64,000 nt of DNA from a bacterium (GCA_021814545.1 JAKAID010000001.1:107910-171909); one strand, 5' to 3'. Counted from the stretch's first letter, positions 29,032 to 39,702 are shown. Notes: a model not told the origin generated them from the sequence alone. Made by a program: numbers and translations.

Positions 29032-29256
29032 TTACAGTGATTGTAACTTTAATGCCTCAAAGCCTTTGATGTCAAACCGTTGTTCCGGTGCGCCCCGTCC
29101 GCTTATTTCGAACGCAATATCCATTTTTGACACGAGAAAGCCAATCGCCGTGACAACAAAGAATATGAGCAGGCCTGTCATTGCGATCGCAAGAACGGAG
29201 AAGAGCGTTTGCCGCGATAATCGGAATCGTGAAAATTTTGATAGAAAATTATTCAT
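29032..29256 (-). CDS. Small single-TM hypothetical protein
   Basis: Follows the pilO-like gene at 9 nt; one hydrophobic helix. Confidence 0.6.
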   Translation of the reverse strand: MNNFLSKFSRFRLSRQTLFSVLAIAMTGLLIFFVVTAIGFLVSKMDIAFEISGRGAPEQRFDIKGFEALKLQSL

Positions 29257-29265
29257 AGCGCGGTA

Positions 29266-29817
29266 TTAATTTGCACCCTGGGCGGGCTCTTCGTGATAAT
29301 ACACTATTCCGCTAAGACCCATTGTGCTCTTCGCACCGCCCCGGGTAATTGAAAACCCTCGGAAATCGGAAAGATAGCGAAAGCGCTGGAGCGTATCAAT
29401 GAACGAAACAAGCTTGTCGAAATCGCCGGTGAGGTCGAGGCGGAAATTGTACGCACCGAAGGATGCGGCGGTCGGCGCCGTATCGCTCAAAAATGTGTAC
29501 GAGATAGCAAGGTCGCTTTTCGCCGCAAGTACCTGGAACTCCTGCCGGAGGTTAATGAGCTGTTCCTCGGTCGGCACATACAAACTCATTGCGGCAAGGT
29601 CCGCCTGTGCTTTTGTCCGATATTCGGAACGAAGCGCCGCCAAGGAGTTCAACGCGTGCGAACGTTGCGCAAGCTCGCGCCGAAGCGCTGCGATTTCATC
29701 GGAATTGTTCCCTATCTCACTCCCGAAATAAATAATACCGCCAAGCAATGCGAGAATGATCGCTAACGTACTGCCGCCCTGAATCAATAATTTTTTTTGG
29801 AACGCATCGAGCTGCAT
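29266..29817 (-). CDS. PilO/GspM-like type IV pilus alignment protein
   Basis: TM, coiled coil, then LTGDFDKLVSFIDTLQRFRYL. Confidence 0.7.
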   Translation of the reverse strand: MQLDAFQKKLLIQGGSTLAIILALLGGIIYFGSEIGNNSDEIAALRRELAQRSHALNSLAALRSEYRTKAQADLAAMSLYVPTEEQLINLRQEFQVLAAKSDLAISYTFLSDTAPTAASFGAYNFRLDLTGDFDKLVSFIDTLQRFRYLSDFRGFSITRGGAKSTMGLSGIVYYHEEPAQGAN

Positions 29818-29841
29818 CGTGTATACTTATTTTATCATACT

Positions 29842-30714
29842 ATGGACTTCCCCATACGGACCGTCTCCAAGCGTGATGCGGAATATCCTCCCCTGCTTCT
29901 TGAATCCGTGGGCCATCCCGCGGAACTTCATTTTCGCGGGAGTCTTCCCGCGCCCCATGACCAGTGCGTGGCTATCGTCGGCACGCGCAAGGCGACACGC
30001 GAAGGGCGCGCGCTTGCCTTTGCGACCGCAGAAACGCTCGCGCGGCGGGGGTTTGTTATCGTGAGCGGACTCGCGCTCGGTATCGATGGCGCTGCCCACG
30101 ATGGCGCGCTTGCGGGCAACGGGCGCACTATTGCCGTACTTGCAAATGGACTCGATTCCATTTATCCGCGGCAACACGAGCGTCTTGCAGAAGATATCCT
30201 TGAGCATGATGGCTGCCTTATCTCGGAATATCCGGATGAAACACCCTCATACCCGAGCCAATTCCTTGAACGCAACCGCATTGTAAGCGGGCTCTCCATC
30301 GCAACCGTCGTTATCGAAGCTCCTTTGCGTTCAGGTTCGCTTGCGACCGCACGGAACGCCATCGAGCAGGGCCGCGAGGTATTTGTGTTTCCCGGAAACG
30401 TCCACCATGGGAATTACAAAGGCTCGCACAAACTTATCCGCGAGGGCGCGCGCCTTGTTGCGAGCGCGGACGACATTCTCGAAGACCTTGGGCTTGCCGA
30501 TGAGGCCCCTATCGAGATGGCCATGCCGCACGCAGAGGATGATGCGGAGGCAACGATCCTTGAGGTGCTCCGCAACGCAAAAGAGCCGGTCTCAATTGAC
30601 AGAATGTGCGAACTCACTACACTGGAGCCACGCATAATAAGCGAAAAGCTCACGATGCTTACCGTTCGTGGCATAATCAAAGAGCACGCGAACGGATTCA
30701 CGCTCAACACATGA
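29842..30714 (+). CDS. dprA: DNA-processing protein DprA
   Basis: VAIVGTR, IVSGLALGIDGAAH, FLERNRIVSGLS, SGSLATA, C-terminal wHTH. Confidence 0.96.
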   Translation: MDFPIRTVSKRDAEYPPLLLESVGHPAELHFRGSLPAPHDQCVAIVGTRKATREGRALAFATAETLARRGFVIVSGLALGIDGAAHDGALAGNGRTIAVLANGLDSIYPRQHERLAEDILEHDGCLISEYPDETPSYPSQFLERNRIVSGLSIATVVIEAPLRSGSLATARNAIEQGREVFVFPGNVHHGNYKGSHKLIREGARLVASADDILEDLGLADEAPIEMAMPHAEDDAEATILEVLRNAKEPVSIDRMCELTTLEPRIISEKLTMLTVRGIIKEHANGFTLNT

Positions 30715-32906
30715 AACTGGTTATCGTAGAAAGTCCCGCAAAAGCGAAGACTATCGAAAAATATCTGAAGGGCGAATATAAGGTCATCGCAAGCATTGGC
30801 CATATTCGCGACCTTCCGAAAAGCAATAAGAAGGCCATCGATATTCCGGCCGGTTTCGTGCCGCACTATGAAGTATCGAAGGGGAAGGAGAAGGTCGTTG
30901 AGGAAATAAAGAAACTCGCAAAGAAAGCGGATGAGGTGCTCCTCGCGACCGACCCTGACCGTGAGGGTGAGGCTATCGCATGGCACATTAAAGAAGCGAT
31001 AGGGCTCAAATCCCCCAAACGCGTCGCCTTCCATGAAATAACCGAGCCTGCTATCCAGGATGCTATCAAACACCCCCGCGCCATCGACGAGGACCTTCGC
31101 AGAGCGCAGGAGGCGCGGCGCGTACTTGACCGTCTTGTGGGTTACGACCTCTCCGGGCTCCTCTGGACCAAAATGTGGTACGGCGCACTTTCCGCCGGGC
31201 GCGTACAGTCGCCCGCACTTCGCATTATTATGGAAAAGGAGCGCGAAATTCGCGCCTTTGTCCCCGAACATTATTCGGTCATCACGGGGCGCTTCACCAC
31301 AAAAGGAAAGGAGGAACTCGCCCTCGTGTGCGAAAAAGAACCACGCGAAGCAGAACGAACCGCCGCCATCCTTGCGGCCGCAAAGCGCGGACGCTGGTCA
31401 GTCGTTGAAATAAAACAGACCGAAGCGCGCCGCTCGCCGAAACCCCCATTCACCACCTCCACGCTCCAGCAGACCGCGAGCTCGCGGCTCGGCTATTCGC
31501 CCTCGCGCACCATGGGCATCGCCCAGAAGCTCTATGAAGCGGGGCATATCACCTATATGCGCACCGACAGCGTGAACCTAAGTGAGGTTGCGCGTACAGA
31601 TATTTTTGCAACAATAGAAAAAATATACGGGCGCGAGCATGTAGTTCCCCGCGTGTTCGCCACAAAGAGCAAGAACGCACAGGAGGCGCACGAGGCGGTT
31701 CGCCCCACTAAGGCTGGCGTGCGGAGCGCGGGCACAACCGATGAACAAAAGCGGCTCTACCGGCTTATCTGGCAACGCGCGGTTGCCTCGCAGATGATCG
31801 ATGCGAAAGTTTTGCGTACGAAGATTAGCGCGAATATCGACGAACCCGATGCCATTCCCAATTTCTCCGTGAACGGCACTGTGGTTGTAGTACCCGGCTG
31901 GCTCTCTGCCGACCCCGACGCGCGCGGAGAAGATGTTGAACTGCCCCAGGTCGCTAAGGGAGAACCGCTCGCCCTTCGTACGGTGGACGCTGAGGGCAAG
32001 GAAACCGAGCCGCCCGCGCGCTACACGGAAGCGGGGCTCGTGAAAGAGCTTGAGAAGCGCGATATCGGCCGCCCGAGCACCTACGCATCCATTATTAAGA
32101 CACTCCAAGACCGCGCGTACGTCGAAAAAATCGGCAAGGCGCTCCACCCGACCGCGGTCGGCGAGGTGGTCAGCAATTATATGGAAAAGAAGTTCGCCGA
32201 TTATATTAGCGATTCTTTTACTGCGGAAATGGAAAATGACCTCGACGAGATAGCGGCGGGAAAACGCGATTACGAAAAGACACTCAAGGCGTTCTACGGC
32301 CCGTTTTCAAAACAGATAGCTGCTGCCAAGAAAGAAGAGGGAAAAATCACCGACCTCGGACCCGGCCCCGAAGTTTTCGCATGCCCCGTCGACCCCGCTC
32401 ACGGACGCATGACGATAAAACTTGGCAGGAGCGGCACCTTCTTGAGTTGCTCGCATTTCCCCGACTGCCTTGGCGCACGCAAAATCGACGGCTCCATTAT
32501 GGAAGGACCGAAAATTCTTGAGGAGCAGTGCCCAGAGTGCGGCGGCGCGCTTGTGGAGCGCGAAGGACGCTTCGGCAAGTTCATCGCATGCAGCAATTGG
32601 AAACGCGGCAAGAAGGGCTGCCACTACATCAAGCAAAGCCCCGAAGAGGAGGCGAAGAAACGCACGGGCGTGAAATGCCCCGATTGCAAGACGGGCGATA
32701 TTGTGGAGCGCCGCGGCAGGTTCGGCCCCTTTTACAGCTGTTCAAATTATCCTTCGTGCAAGTTCATCATCAAATCCCGTCCCACCGGCAACGTCTGCTC
32801 GCTCTGCGGCGCGCTTATGATGGAGGGCACGAAAACTATTCCCGAACGCTGCTCGAGCAAAAATTGTCCGAATCATAACCCGCACAAACTTGAGGAAAAG
32901 AAGTAA
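30711..32906 (+). CDS. topA: DNA topoisomerase I
   Basis: LVIVESPAKAK, ATDPDREGE, SAGRVQS, ITYMRTDS, C-terminal zinc ribbons. Confidence 0.97.
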   Translation: MKLVIVESPAKAKTIEKYLKGEYKVIASIGHIRDLPKSNKKAIDIPAGFVPHYEVSKGKEKVVEEIKKLAKKADEVLLATDPDREGEAIAWHIKEAIGLKSPKRVAFHEITEPAIQDAIKHPRAIDEDLRRAQEARRVLDRLVGYDLSGLLWTKMWYGALSAGRVQSPALRIIMEKEREIRAFVPEHYSVITGRFTTKGKEELALVCEKEPREAERTAAILAAAKRGRWSVVEIKQTEARRSPKPPFTTSTLQQTASSRLGYSPSRTMGIAQKLYEAGHITYMRTDSVNLSEVARTDIFATIEKIYGREHVVPRVFATKSKNAQEAHEAVRPTKAGVRSAGTTDEQKRLYRLIWQRAVASQMIDAKVLRTKISANIDEPDAIPNFSVNGTVVVVPGWLSADPDARGEDVELPQVAKGEPLALRTVDAEGKETEPPARYTEAGLVKELEKRDIGRPSTYASIIKTLQDRAYVEKIGKALHPTAVGEVVSNYMEKKFADYISDSFTAEMENDLDEIAAGKRDYEKTLKAFYGPFSKQIAAAKKEEGKITDLGPGPEVFACPVDPAHGRMTIKLGRSGTFLSCSHFPDCLGARKIDGSIMEGPKILEEQCPECGGALVEREGRFGKFIACSNWKRGKKGCHYIKQSPEEEAKKRTGVKCPDCKTGDIVERRGRFGPFYSCSNYPSCKFIIKSRPTGNVCSLCGALMMEGTKTIPERCSSKNCPNHNPHKLEEKK

Positions 32907-32908
32907 CG

Positions 32909-33796
32909 CTACCGCGTGAGCGTAGAAAACTGCTTTTCGTAATTCAGCACGAAGTGGAATTCCAGTTCCGCATCGCCAATCACCACCCGCTCGCCCTCTC
33001 CTTTACGCGCAAGATACGCATGAAGCCGCTTCATGGCGATAGGGCGTGCCACACGCGCCTCGAATACGTCGCCCAGTTTTCCCGAGAAGAGCCGCTCCAG
33101 TGCACGGGCAATTACTGATTTTCCTTTCGCGATGCGGTGCGCATCAAGCAGCGCAAGGCGCGGCATGCGCGCCCACGCATTTTTTGAAATAAATTTACTT
33201 AGCGTTTCTTCATCCCCCCAGAGCGGGACAAGGTTTCGATAGAGCTCGCCGCGATAATAATTGTGCGGCTCCTTTTCATATGTCGCTTCGGTCACAAAGT
33301 GATTGAAGCACAGTTTATCGGGGCTGCTCTCCTGCAAATCGTCGAGGCGGCGGGCGTTCAAAAGCGAAAAGAGCGCGCTCACGAAGTAGCGCGTCATAAA
33401 AATACGCCCCGCGCGAACGCCCGTTACCACATCGAAATCGGAGCGCTCGTGTACGTTCCCCATTGATATCGAACCGCTTACGAATACGAACTCGACGAAA
33501 GGAATGTGCCTGAACCAGCGCGCGAGCGATTCGAGCTTCTTCCACTTGTGGTCGCGCAACAGGTCCTGCGTTCTGCGCGCAAAACTGCCGCACGCGCGTG
33601 CGCGTGGCGAATAAAATCCTTCTTCCTCAGCGAATTGCCCTCGTGCTACGCCGCGCTCGAGAATGCGCGCGACATCCTCCGGCGTCGCAAGTTCTGGAGG
33701 AATGCCTCCGCAAATCTCAACAAAGGTAAGGGGGCGCCCCAATGCGCCGTACATTGAAAGGAGTGTCGCGACCGCGGCGGGGCTATCCTTCTTCAC
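32909..33796 (-). CDS. Putative Pol-beta-superfamily nucleotidyltransferase with N-terminal wHTH-like region
   Basis: VSGSISMGNVHERSDFDV (hGS...DxD). Confidence 0.6.
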   Translation of the reverse strand: MKKDSPAAVATLLSMYGALGRPLTFVEICGGIPPELATPEDVARILERGVARGQFAEEEGFYSPRARACGSFARRTQDLLRDHKWKKLESLARWFRHIPFVEFVFVSGSISMGNVHERSDFDVVTGVRAGRIFMTRYFVSALFSLLNARRLDDLQESSPDKLCFNHFVTEATYEKEPHNYYRGELYRNLVPLWGDEETLSKFISKNAWARMPRLALLDAHRIAKGKSVIARALERLFSGKLGDVFEARVARPIAMKRLHAYLARKGEGERVVIGDAELEFHFVLNYEKQFSTLTR

Positions 33797-34853
33797 GATG
33801 AAGCGGGAGTTCGAGCGCGGCGGGCTCGACCTTCGAGGTCCCGTCGGTTATCTTCATCACGTCCTTGTCTATCTTCGCGAATTCTTTGTATGCCGAATTG
33901 TAGGTATTCACCGAGGTCCCCAAGTGGTTCCCCAGTTTTTTAAGCGTTGTTTCGTAACTTGCGATGTGGCGCCCGAGCTCCTCGACGCGCTTCACGATAT
34001 CTTTGGCGGTTTCTTCTATCTTCAGCGCCTTAAGGCCCTGCAATACCGTCTGGAGATATGCAAGGAACGACGTCGGCGAAACGATAATGACGCGCTTCTC
34101 CTTGAACGCGTACTCGATAAGGTCGCGCGTCGCGACTTTTACCGCGCCCACCTGTGCTATCAAAAGGTCGTAGTAAATCGCCTCGTGCGGGATGAACATG
34201 AACGCAAAATCCATGGTGCCCCTCGTCGGTCGCACGTACTTCGCGGTTTCATCAATGCGATTCTTAAGGTCGGCTTTGAAGAGCTTCTCGAGGCGTTCGC
34301 GTTCCACCGGGTCTTTTTCTTCGACCACGCGATTATAATTTTCGAGCGAGAACTTCGAATCGATGGGAATAATTTTGTCTTTCACGAATACGACCGCGTC
34401 CACGATAAGCTCCTTTCCGGTTTTCTCGTCCACGCCCATTTGATATTGCGTTTCATAGCTTCCGGGCGGGAGCACGTTCTTTAAGAGCGCCTCAAGATAG
34501 TATTCGCCGAGTACGCCGCGCTGTTTCGGATTTTTCAAAATGTCCTGGAGCGATTGGAGCTGGTCGGCAAAATTCACCACCTGCCGATTCGTTTCATCGA
34601 GCTTCGTGAGTTTTTCCGTTACGTCGCGGATAAGCTTGGACGATTCGCTGTGCTGATACTGAATGAACTTCGTCGATTCTCCCAATTTTGCATCGAGCGT
34701 GCGGTTCAGCTCCTGTATCTGATTTTGCAACAACAGAAGCGAACTCATCTCCTCGGGATTTTTCTCGCTCTTTTTTTGAATGGCTTGATAGAGCACGTAA
34801 AACCCCACCGCGATAACCGCGATACCGGCAATGAATACGAAAAGCGTTCCCAT
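33783..34853 (-). CDS. rmuC: DNA recombination protein RmuC
   Basis: KQRGVLGE, IPIDSKF, DFAFMFIPHE, IVSPTSFLAYL. Confidence 0.93.
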   Translation of the reverse strand: MGTLFVFIAGIAVIAVGFYVLYQAIQKKSEKNPEEMSSLLLLQNQIQELNRTLDAKLGESTKFIQYQHSESSKLIRDVTEKLTKLDETNRQVVNFADQLQSLQDILKNPKQRGVLGEYYLEALLKNVLPPGSYETQYQMGVDEKTGKELIVDAVVFVKDKIIPIDSKFSLENYNRVVEEKDPVERERLEKLFKADLKNRIDETAKYVRPTRGTMDFAFMFIPHEAIYYDLLIAQVGAVKVATRDLIEYAFKEKRVIIVSPTSFLAYLQTVLQGLKALKIEETAKDIVKRVEELGRHIASYETTLKKLGNHLGTSVNTYNSAYKEFAKIDKDVMKITDGTSKVEPAALELPLHREEG

Positions 34854-34856
34854 ACG

Positions 34857-35201
34857 TTAGTTTACGGTTACCATTACGCCGACCGAAATGAGAGCAATGA
34901 GCGAGATGAGTACGTTCGCGCCAAGGTAGAGATACGCGAGAAATCGCTCGCGGTTGTAAAACTCATACGCGAGACCGCCATTCAAAATGTTCATCGTAAG
35001 CCCCAACGCCCACATACCCCAGATGCTCGCGCGCGTGCCGAACGTGTCGACGCCGTGGAGCGCGTCGAAGTGGAGCACGATAAGCGGCGCGAGGCGACCG
35101 TAGTTTGTATACGTCAAAATCCCTGATGTGAGCATCAGCACAAAAGAAATTGCCAATATCACCGTTATCGCTTTATGCGCCAGTACTATTCGTTTCATCA
35201 T
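34857..35201 (-). CDS. Small three-TM membrane protein (DUF1648-like)
   Basis: LIVLHFDALHGVDTFG loop between TM helices. Confidence 0.6.
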   Translation of the reverse strand: MMKRIVLAHKAITVILAISFVLMLTSGILTYTNYGRLAPLIVLHFDALHGVDTFGTRASIWGMWALGLTMNILNGGLAYEFYNRERFLAYLYLGANVLISLIALISVGVMVTVN

Positions 35202-35338
35202 TTACTCTATTGTACCTTGCGCCCACCTATTCTCAAAACAGAACACTATTGCAAGAATTGTGCGATATATTGACTTTTCAGCTTATTTGTGCTATCGTTT
35301 TGTTAGTTCCAAACAACGCCAAAACAAAGGAGTAGCGC

Positions 35339-35791
35339 ATGCTGAAGCGAATCGTCGCCTGCATCCCCCTCTTCCTCGTCGTGGTCTTCGCGGTCGTCAT
35401 CGTGAACGACCACCTCCTCATGAGCGCACGGGTCGCGCCCGTGGCGGAGCGCTTCAACAAGCTGGTCGACGAGCACTACACGGCCGGCACGCCCTTTTCG
35501 GGGCGCATCGACCGGCTCATCGCCGAGCGGAACGAGGTGCTGCGCAAGGCGCACTACCTCTGGCTCGGCTCCTGGAGCGCCGACGACCACGGACAGCTCG
35601 CGTTGTACCTCAACGCGGGGTGGATGCCGGAGAAGATGTACCAGTACGTCTGGACAGCGGCGGCGCACGGCTCGCAGAGCCTCGCCTCTTCGCTCATCCT
35701 CTGCTTCTCTATTCCCGCCACGTTTTTTGTGTTCGCGGGAGCGATCGCCGCTTCTGTCGTCCTCGTGCGCCTTGCCTACCGCGGACGCTGA
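35339..35791 (+). CDS. Hypothetical membrane protein (high-GC3 orphan)
   Basis: TTGACT-17-TATCGT (35270-35298), AAGGAG SD, terminator 35816-35847. Confidence 0.7.
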   Translation: MLKRIVACIPLFLVVVFAVVIVNDHLLMSARVAPVAERFNKLVDEHYTAGTPFSGRIDRLIAERNEVLRKAHYLWLGSWSADDHGQLALYLNAGWMPEKMYQYVWTAAAHGSQSLASSLILCFSIPATFFVFAGAIAASVVLVRLAYRGR

Positions 35792-36053
35792 CGCGGGAGA
35801 CCGTTCGGCTTCATAAAGAGCATCCAAAATATCGGATGCTCTTTTTTATTACATAAAAAGCCGCAGGAATATCATCCTACGGCTTGGCCACGACAACTCA
35901 GGAGATGACCGCCTCGCGCACATGGTCCCAGATGAGGCGATGCGCAAAGCGCGGATCGCTGGGGTTGCTCGAGGCAATGAGCTTCCCCTCCCGGTAGAGG
36001 CCCGTCCTCCGCACAAGTCAACACAAAAACCCCGCATAAGGGGTTTTTATTTG

Positions 36054-36137
36054 TGCGCAGGAGAGGATTTGAACCTCCATACCCTTGCGGGTGCTACCAC
36101 CTCAAGGTAGTGCGTCTGCCAGTTTCGCCACCTGCGC
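36054..36137 (-). tRNA. tRNA-Leu(GAG)
   Basis: GCGCAGG acceptor, CTACC-TTGAGGT-GGTAG, long variable arm, GTTCAAATC. Confidence 0.96.
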
Positions 36138-36182
36138 AAAAACTGCTCATACAGTATACAAAAATATTGAAAAATATCAACA

Positions 36183-36314
36183 CTATTGCGAGCACTTTTC
36201 TATCACTATGGGCGCGGGTGCGCGCTCCCCCGCCATAAGATACCCGAACGCGAATCCGGTACTCCCCACAAGGAACAGCACTCCCGCTACTATCGCTATC
36301 TGCATGGTTGACAT
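36183..36314 (-). CDS. Small single-TM peptide
   Basis: 43 aa; TM then GFAFGYL...APIVIEK; TATAAT upstream. Confidence 0.5.
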   Translation of the reverse strand: MSTMQIAIVAGVLFLVGSTGFAFGYLMAGERAPAPIVIEKCSQ

Positions 36315-36383
36315 AAAGGCGATGTTTAGACTATTATATACGGGTATCAGAAAACCGCCACGCAGGCGGTTCCCATAACAGCC

Positions 36384-36656
36384 ATGGCACATACAAAAGC
36401 TAAAGGTTCAACTAAATTAGGACGTGAATCAGAGTCTAAGCGCCTCGGCGTAAAGCTCTTCGACGGGCAGCCGGTCAACGCGGGCGGGGTTATCATTCGC
36501 CAGCGCGGTACGAAGTTCTTTCCAGGCACGAACGTGGTGCGCGGCGGCGACGACACTCTCTATGCGAAGAAGGCGGGCACCGTCAAATTCGCAACGAAAA
36601 AGAAGAACCACTTTGATGGTTCGAAGAAGTTCGTTCGCGTAGTGAACGTTCTCTAA
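36384..36656 (+). CDS. rpmA: 50S ribosomal protein L27
   Basis: [29 protein letters not shown]. Confidence 0.97.
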   Translation: MAHTKAKGSTKLGRESESKRLGVKLFDGQPVNAGGVIIRQRGTKFFPGTNVVRGGDDTLYAKKAGTVKFATKKKNHFDGSKKFVRVVNVL

Positions 36657-36661
36657 GCGGG

Positions 36662-37102
36662 CTACTTCTCTTCTTTTACTTCCACTTGGAGCATCGCGCG
36701 AATGTTGTCGCCGAACTCCACCGGCACTCGGCAAAGCCCGAGTGTTTTTATCGGGTGTTCCAATACCACCTTTCCTTCGGACGCCTCAAAGCGCACAAGC
36801 TCCTTCTCTATATCCTTTGCCGAAACCGAACCGAACAGCTCGCCCTTCTCCCCTGCACGGAGCGCAAAGTGGAGCTTCATGCCATCGATAGATTTTGCGC
36901 GCGCAGAGAGCCGCGCCACGCGTGCGGCGTGCGCCTTTTCTTTGTCCGCGGCAAGTTTTGAGACGATGGAAACCGTGGAGCTCGTCGCCAATGCGGCGAG
37001 CTTCTTCGGCAGCAGGGCGTTACGCGCATAACCGTCGTTCACCTCTTTTATCTCACCCTTCTTGCCGATGCCTTTTACGTCTTTCAGCAATACAACTCTC
37101 AT
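36662..37102 (-). CDS. rplI: 50S ribosomal protein L9
   Basis: [37 protein letters not shown]. Confidence 0.96.
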   Translation of the reverse strand: MRVVLLKDVKGIGKKGEIKEVNDGYARNALLPKKLAALATSSTVSIVSKLAADKEKAHAARVARLSARAKSIDGMKLHFALRAGEKGELFGSVSAKDIEKELVRFEASEGKVVLEHPIKTLGLCRVPVEFGDNIRAMLQVEVKEEK

Positions 37103-37107
37103 GTGCG

Positions 37108-38325
37108 TTATTGTTTCGCCACCAATTCCGATTCGATAACCTGGAGCGCCTTATCCATCTGCGGGTCGCGCTTCTTCGTGTAATCCTCTTCCGACATTTT
37201 CACTTCAATATCGGGTTTGAGGCCAAGCTTGTCTATCTTCGTGCCGTTCGGCGTATACCAGTGCGCGATCGTTATCTTAATTTCCGCATCATTCGACATC
37301 GTTGTAATTTCCTGTACGCTTCCCTTGCCGAAGGTCTTTTCGCCGATGAGTTTCGCGCCGCGGATATCGCGTATCGCGCCTGCAAGAATTTCCGAGGCGG
37401 ACGCGGAGCCGTTATTTACGAGCACCACGACCGGGATGTTCGCAAGCGCCGCATTGCCGTGCGCCACGAGCGTATCGCCCGCGCCATCGCGTTTCTTCTC
37501 CCGCACTACGACCGAACCATCTTTTAAGAACCACCCCGCAAGATTCGTTGCGACATCAAGGAAACCGCCCGGATTGCTGCGCAAGTCGAGAATGACGCCC
37601 TGCGCTCCGCCCTGGAGCGCCGCAACGGACGCGTTGTAGAAGAGCTGCGGCACGTTCGCATTGAAGTTGTAGAGCTTCATTACCGCCACCTTCTCGCCGG
37701 ACTTCAGCGTTTTTATTTCCGAATCAAGCGTGGGAACCTGAATAATCGCGCGGGTAATTTTATAATCTTTCGCTTCACGCCAGCCATCGCGATAAATGGA
37801 AAGCGTAACCACTGTTCCCGGTTCTCCGCGAATGAGTTTTACCGCCTCCTCAACCGCAAGCCCGGTCGTGTCTTTGCCGTTTATCTTCCAAATCCTATCC
37901 ATGGGGCGCAAGCCTGCCGCCTCCGCGGGGTTGCCCTTAAGCGGCGAAATCACAAGGAGCTGCTCGTCGCGGATGCCTATCTCTGCGCCGATGCCGCCGA
38001 AACTGCCGTTCAAATCATCTTGGAACTTTTTCGCATCACTCGGATTGAAGAACACCGTGTACGAGTCACCGAGCGCTCCCAGCATTCCCTTGATGGCGCC
38101 GTTCATAAGCTGCTCGTCGCTTACGTCTTTAATATCAACATACTTCGCCTTTGCAGTGTCGACCGCCTCCCAAAAGAGATTGAAGTCGGCGTTCAAAAGC
38201 TGACGGCTGTCCGTGATACGGATAGAGTGCGAATAGCCGAAGCGATATCCTCCGTATGCGGCGCCGCCAAGCGCGGCCGCAGCAACAAGAATAAGGGCGC
38301 CGATGGATAAAATGCGTTTTTTCAT
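37108..38325 (-). CDS. S41 C-terminal processing peptidase (CtpA-like)
   Basis: PDZ (GIGAEI), [23 protein letters not shown]. Confidence 0.94.
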   Translation of the reverse strand: MKKRILSIGALILVAAAALGGAAYGGYRFGYSHSIRITDSRQLLNADFNLFWEAVDTAKAKYVDIKDVSDEQLMNGAIKGMLGALGDSYTVFFNPSDAKKFQDDLNGSFGGIGAEIGIRDEQLLVISPLKGNPAEAAGLRPMDRIWKINGKDTTGLAVEEAVKLIRGEPGTVVTLSIYRDGWREAKDYKITRAIIQVPTLDSEIKTLKSGEKVAVMKLYNFNANVPQLFYNASVAALQGGAQGVILDLRSNPGGFLDVATNLAGWFLKDGSVVVREKKRDGAGDTLVAHGNAALANIPVVVLVNNGSASASEILAGAIRDIRGAKLIGEKTFGKGSVQEITTMSNDAEIKITIAHWYTPNGTKIDKLGLKPDIEVKMSEEDYTKKRDPQMDKALQVIESELVAKQ

Positions 38326-38339
38326 GTGCTGTTATTTAA

Positions 38340-38909
38340 TCAGATTTTCTCCTCCCGCGCCAATCGTACGAGCGAGGAGTATTGCGACCCCGCGGTGCTC
38401 TGTTTTGATTCCCAAAGTTCGAATGCATACTCGTTGCAATGGTTCGCGTGGGCGACCCTAAGCGCGCCGAGCGCCTCTGCGGGCGCCTCAGGAAGCCGCG
38501 CAAGCGTAATGTGGCCGCGGAATGTCTGCACATCATCCCTCCACGCCACGCCACGCGCTTTCAGTTCCGCCGCGAGGCGCTCGCGCAATTTTCCGAAATA
38601 TTCCGAAGAGCGTTTTGAGAGCGTAAGCCATATCATGCGCGGGTGGTGGGGCGGCGCATACGTAATGTCTTCCGTAATGAGCGGCTGCCAATCGAAACCG
38701 TCAAGCGCTGCCTCCATCGCTTCCCGTACGTTCGCTATCATACCGTCATCCTGCGCTCCTAAAAACAGGAGCGTCATATGCCACTTTTCTTTCGGCTCGA
38801 ACCGTATCGCGCTCTCTCCATAACGAGAACGTACGGTATCCAGTTCGCGGTCAACCATGCTAATGACCGCTTCCGGAAGCGTGAGTGCGATGAATAATCG
38901 CCTTTTCAT
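38340..38909 (-). CDS. thpR: RNA 2',3'-cyclic phosphodiesterase (2H family)
   Basis: RLFIA, HMTLLFLG and HITLAR (two HxT motifs). Confidence 0.9.
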   Translation of the reverse strand: MKRRLFIALTLPEAVISMVDRELDTVRSRYGESAIRFEPKEKWHMTLLFLGAQDDGMIANVREAMEAALDGFDWQPLITEDITYAPPHHPRMIWLTLSKRSSEYFGKLRERLAAELKARGVAWRDDVQTFRGHITLARLPEAPAEALGALRVAHANHCNEYAFELWESKQSTAGSQYSSLVRLAREEKI

Positions 38910-38937
38910 TCACCTCATAATACCATACAATAGTGAA

Positions 38938-39219
38938 ATGCCGCCGTTCGATGCGAATTACCTCAAGGCCTTGCGCGAACGGGCGCACACGAGCAGAATA
39001 TACCGCAAATATCAGCTCACCGGCATCTCCCTTGCGGGGATACTGGGGGACGAGGAGCACAAGGCTCTCTATATCAAACTCGCAAAAATGCACGACGCGG
39101 ACAAGCTCCTTACGCTCGCCCGGCGCATTGCAGACATGAAGCGCGTAAAGAACAAGGGCGCCTACTTCATGCGGGTATTCTTTTCAAAAGATGACAAAGC
39201 CGATAGTCACCGTAACTAA
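38938..39219 (+). CDS. Small basic hypothetical protein, first gene of the def-fmt operon
   Basis: TACAAT 6 nt before the ATG; overlaps def. Confidence 0.65.
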   Translation: MPPFDANYLKALRERAHTSRIYRKYQLTGISLAGILGDEEHKALYIKLAKMHDADKLLTLARRIADMKRVKNKGAYFMRVFFSKDDKADSHRN

Positions 39220-39694
39220 AAAAGAAGATGAGCGCTTTCTCCGCACCAAAACGGAGGCGTTTGATTTTTCGAATTACAAAAAAAGAGAACTGCAGGAAAT
39301 CGTGCGGTCCATGCGCGAAACCATGAAAAAGGCGAATGGCGTAGGCTTGAGTGCCAACCAAATCGGCCGTAATGAGCGGTTTTTCGTGGCGCAGGTCCCT
39401 GACACGCAGGGCCGGCAGCACTTTTATGCGATTTTCAACCCCGTTATTACAAAAACTTCGGACGATATGGAGACCATCGAGGAGGGATGCCTCAGCGTCC
39501 CCGATGTGTACGGGCCGACACCGCGCCACTACCGCGTCACGCTCGAGGGGCTCGATATCCACGAACGAAAGGTAAAAATAAGGGCGTGGGGCCTTCTTGC
39601 GCGCGTCTTCCAGCACGAAGTGGACCACTTAAACGGCGGGCTCTTCCTCGACAAAGCCCGTTCGGTCACTAAACTTCTTCCTAAAGAAAAATAG
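39191..39694 (+). CDS. def: Peptide deformylase
   Basis: GVGLSANQIG, EGCLS, QHEVDHLNG. Confidence 0.97.
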   Translation: MTKPIVTVTKKEDERFLRTKTEAFDFSNYKKRELQEIVRSMRETMKKANGVGLSANQIGRNERFFVAQVPDTQGRQHFYAIFNPVITKTSDDMETIEEGCLSVPDVYGPTPRHYRVTLEGLDIHERKVKIRAWGLLARVFQHEVDHLNGGLFLDKARSVTKLLPKEK

Positions 39695-39702
39695 CCAACT
39701 AA

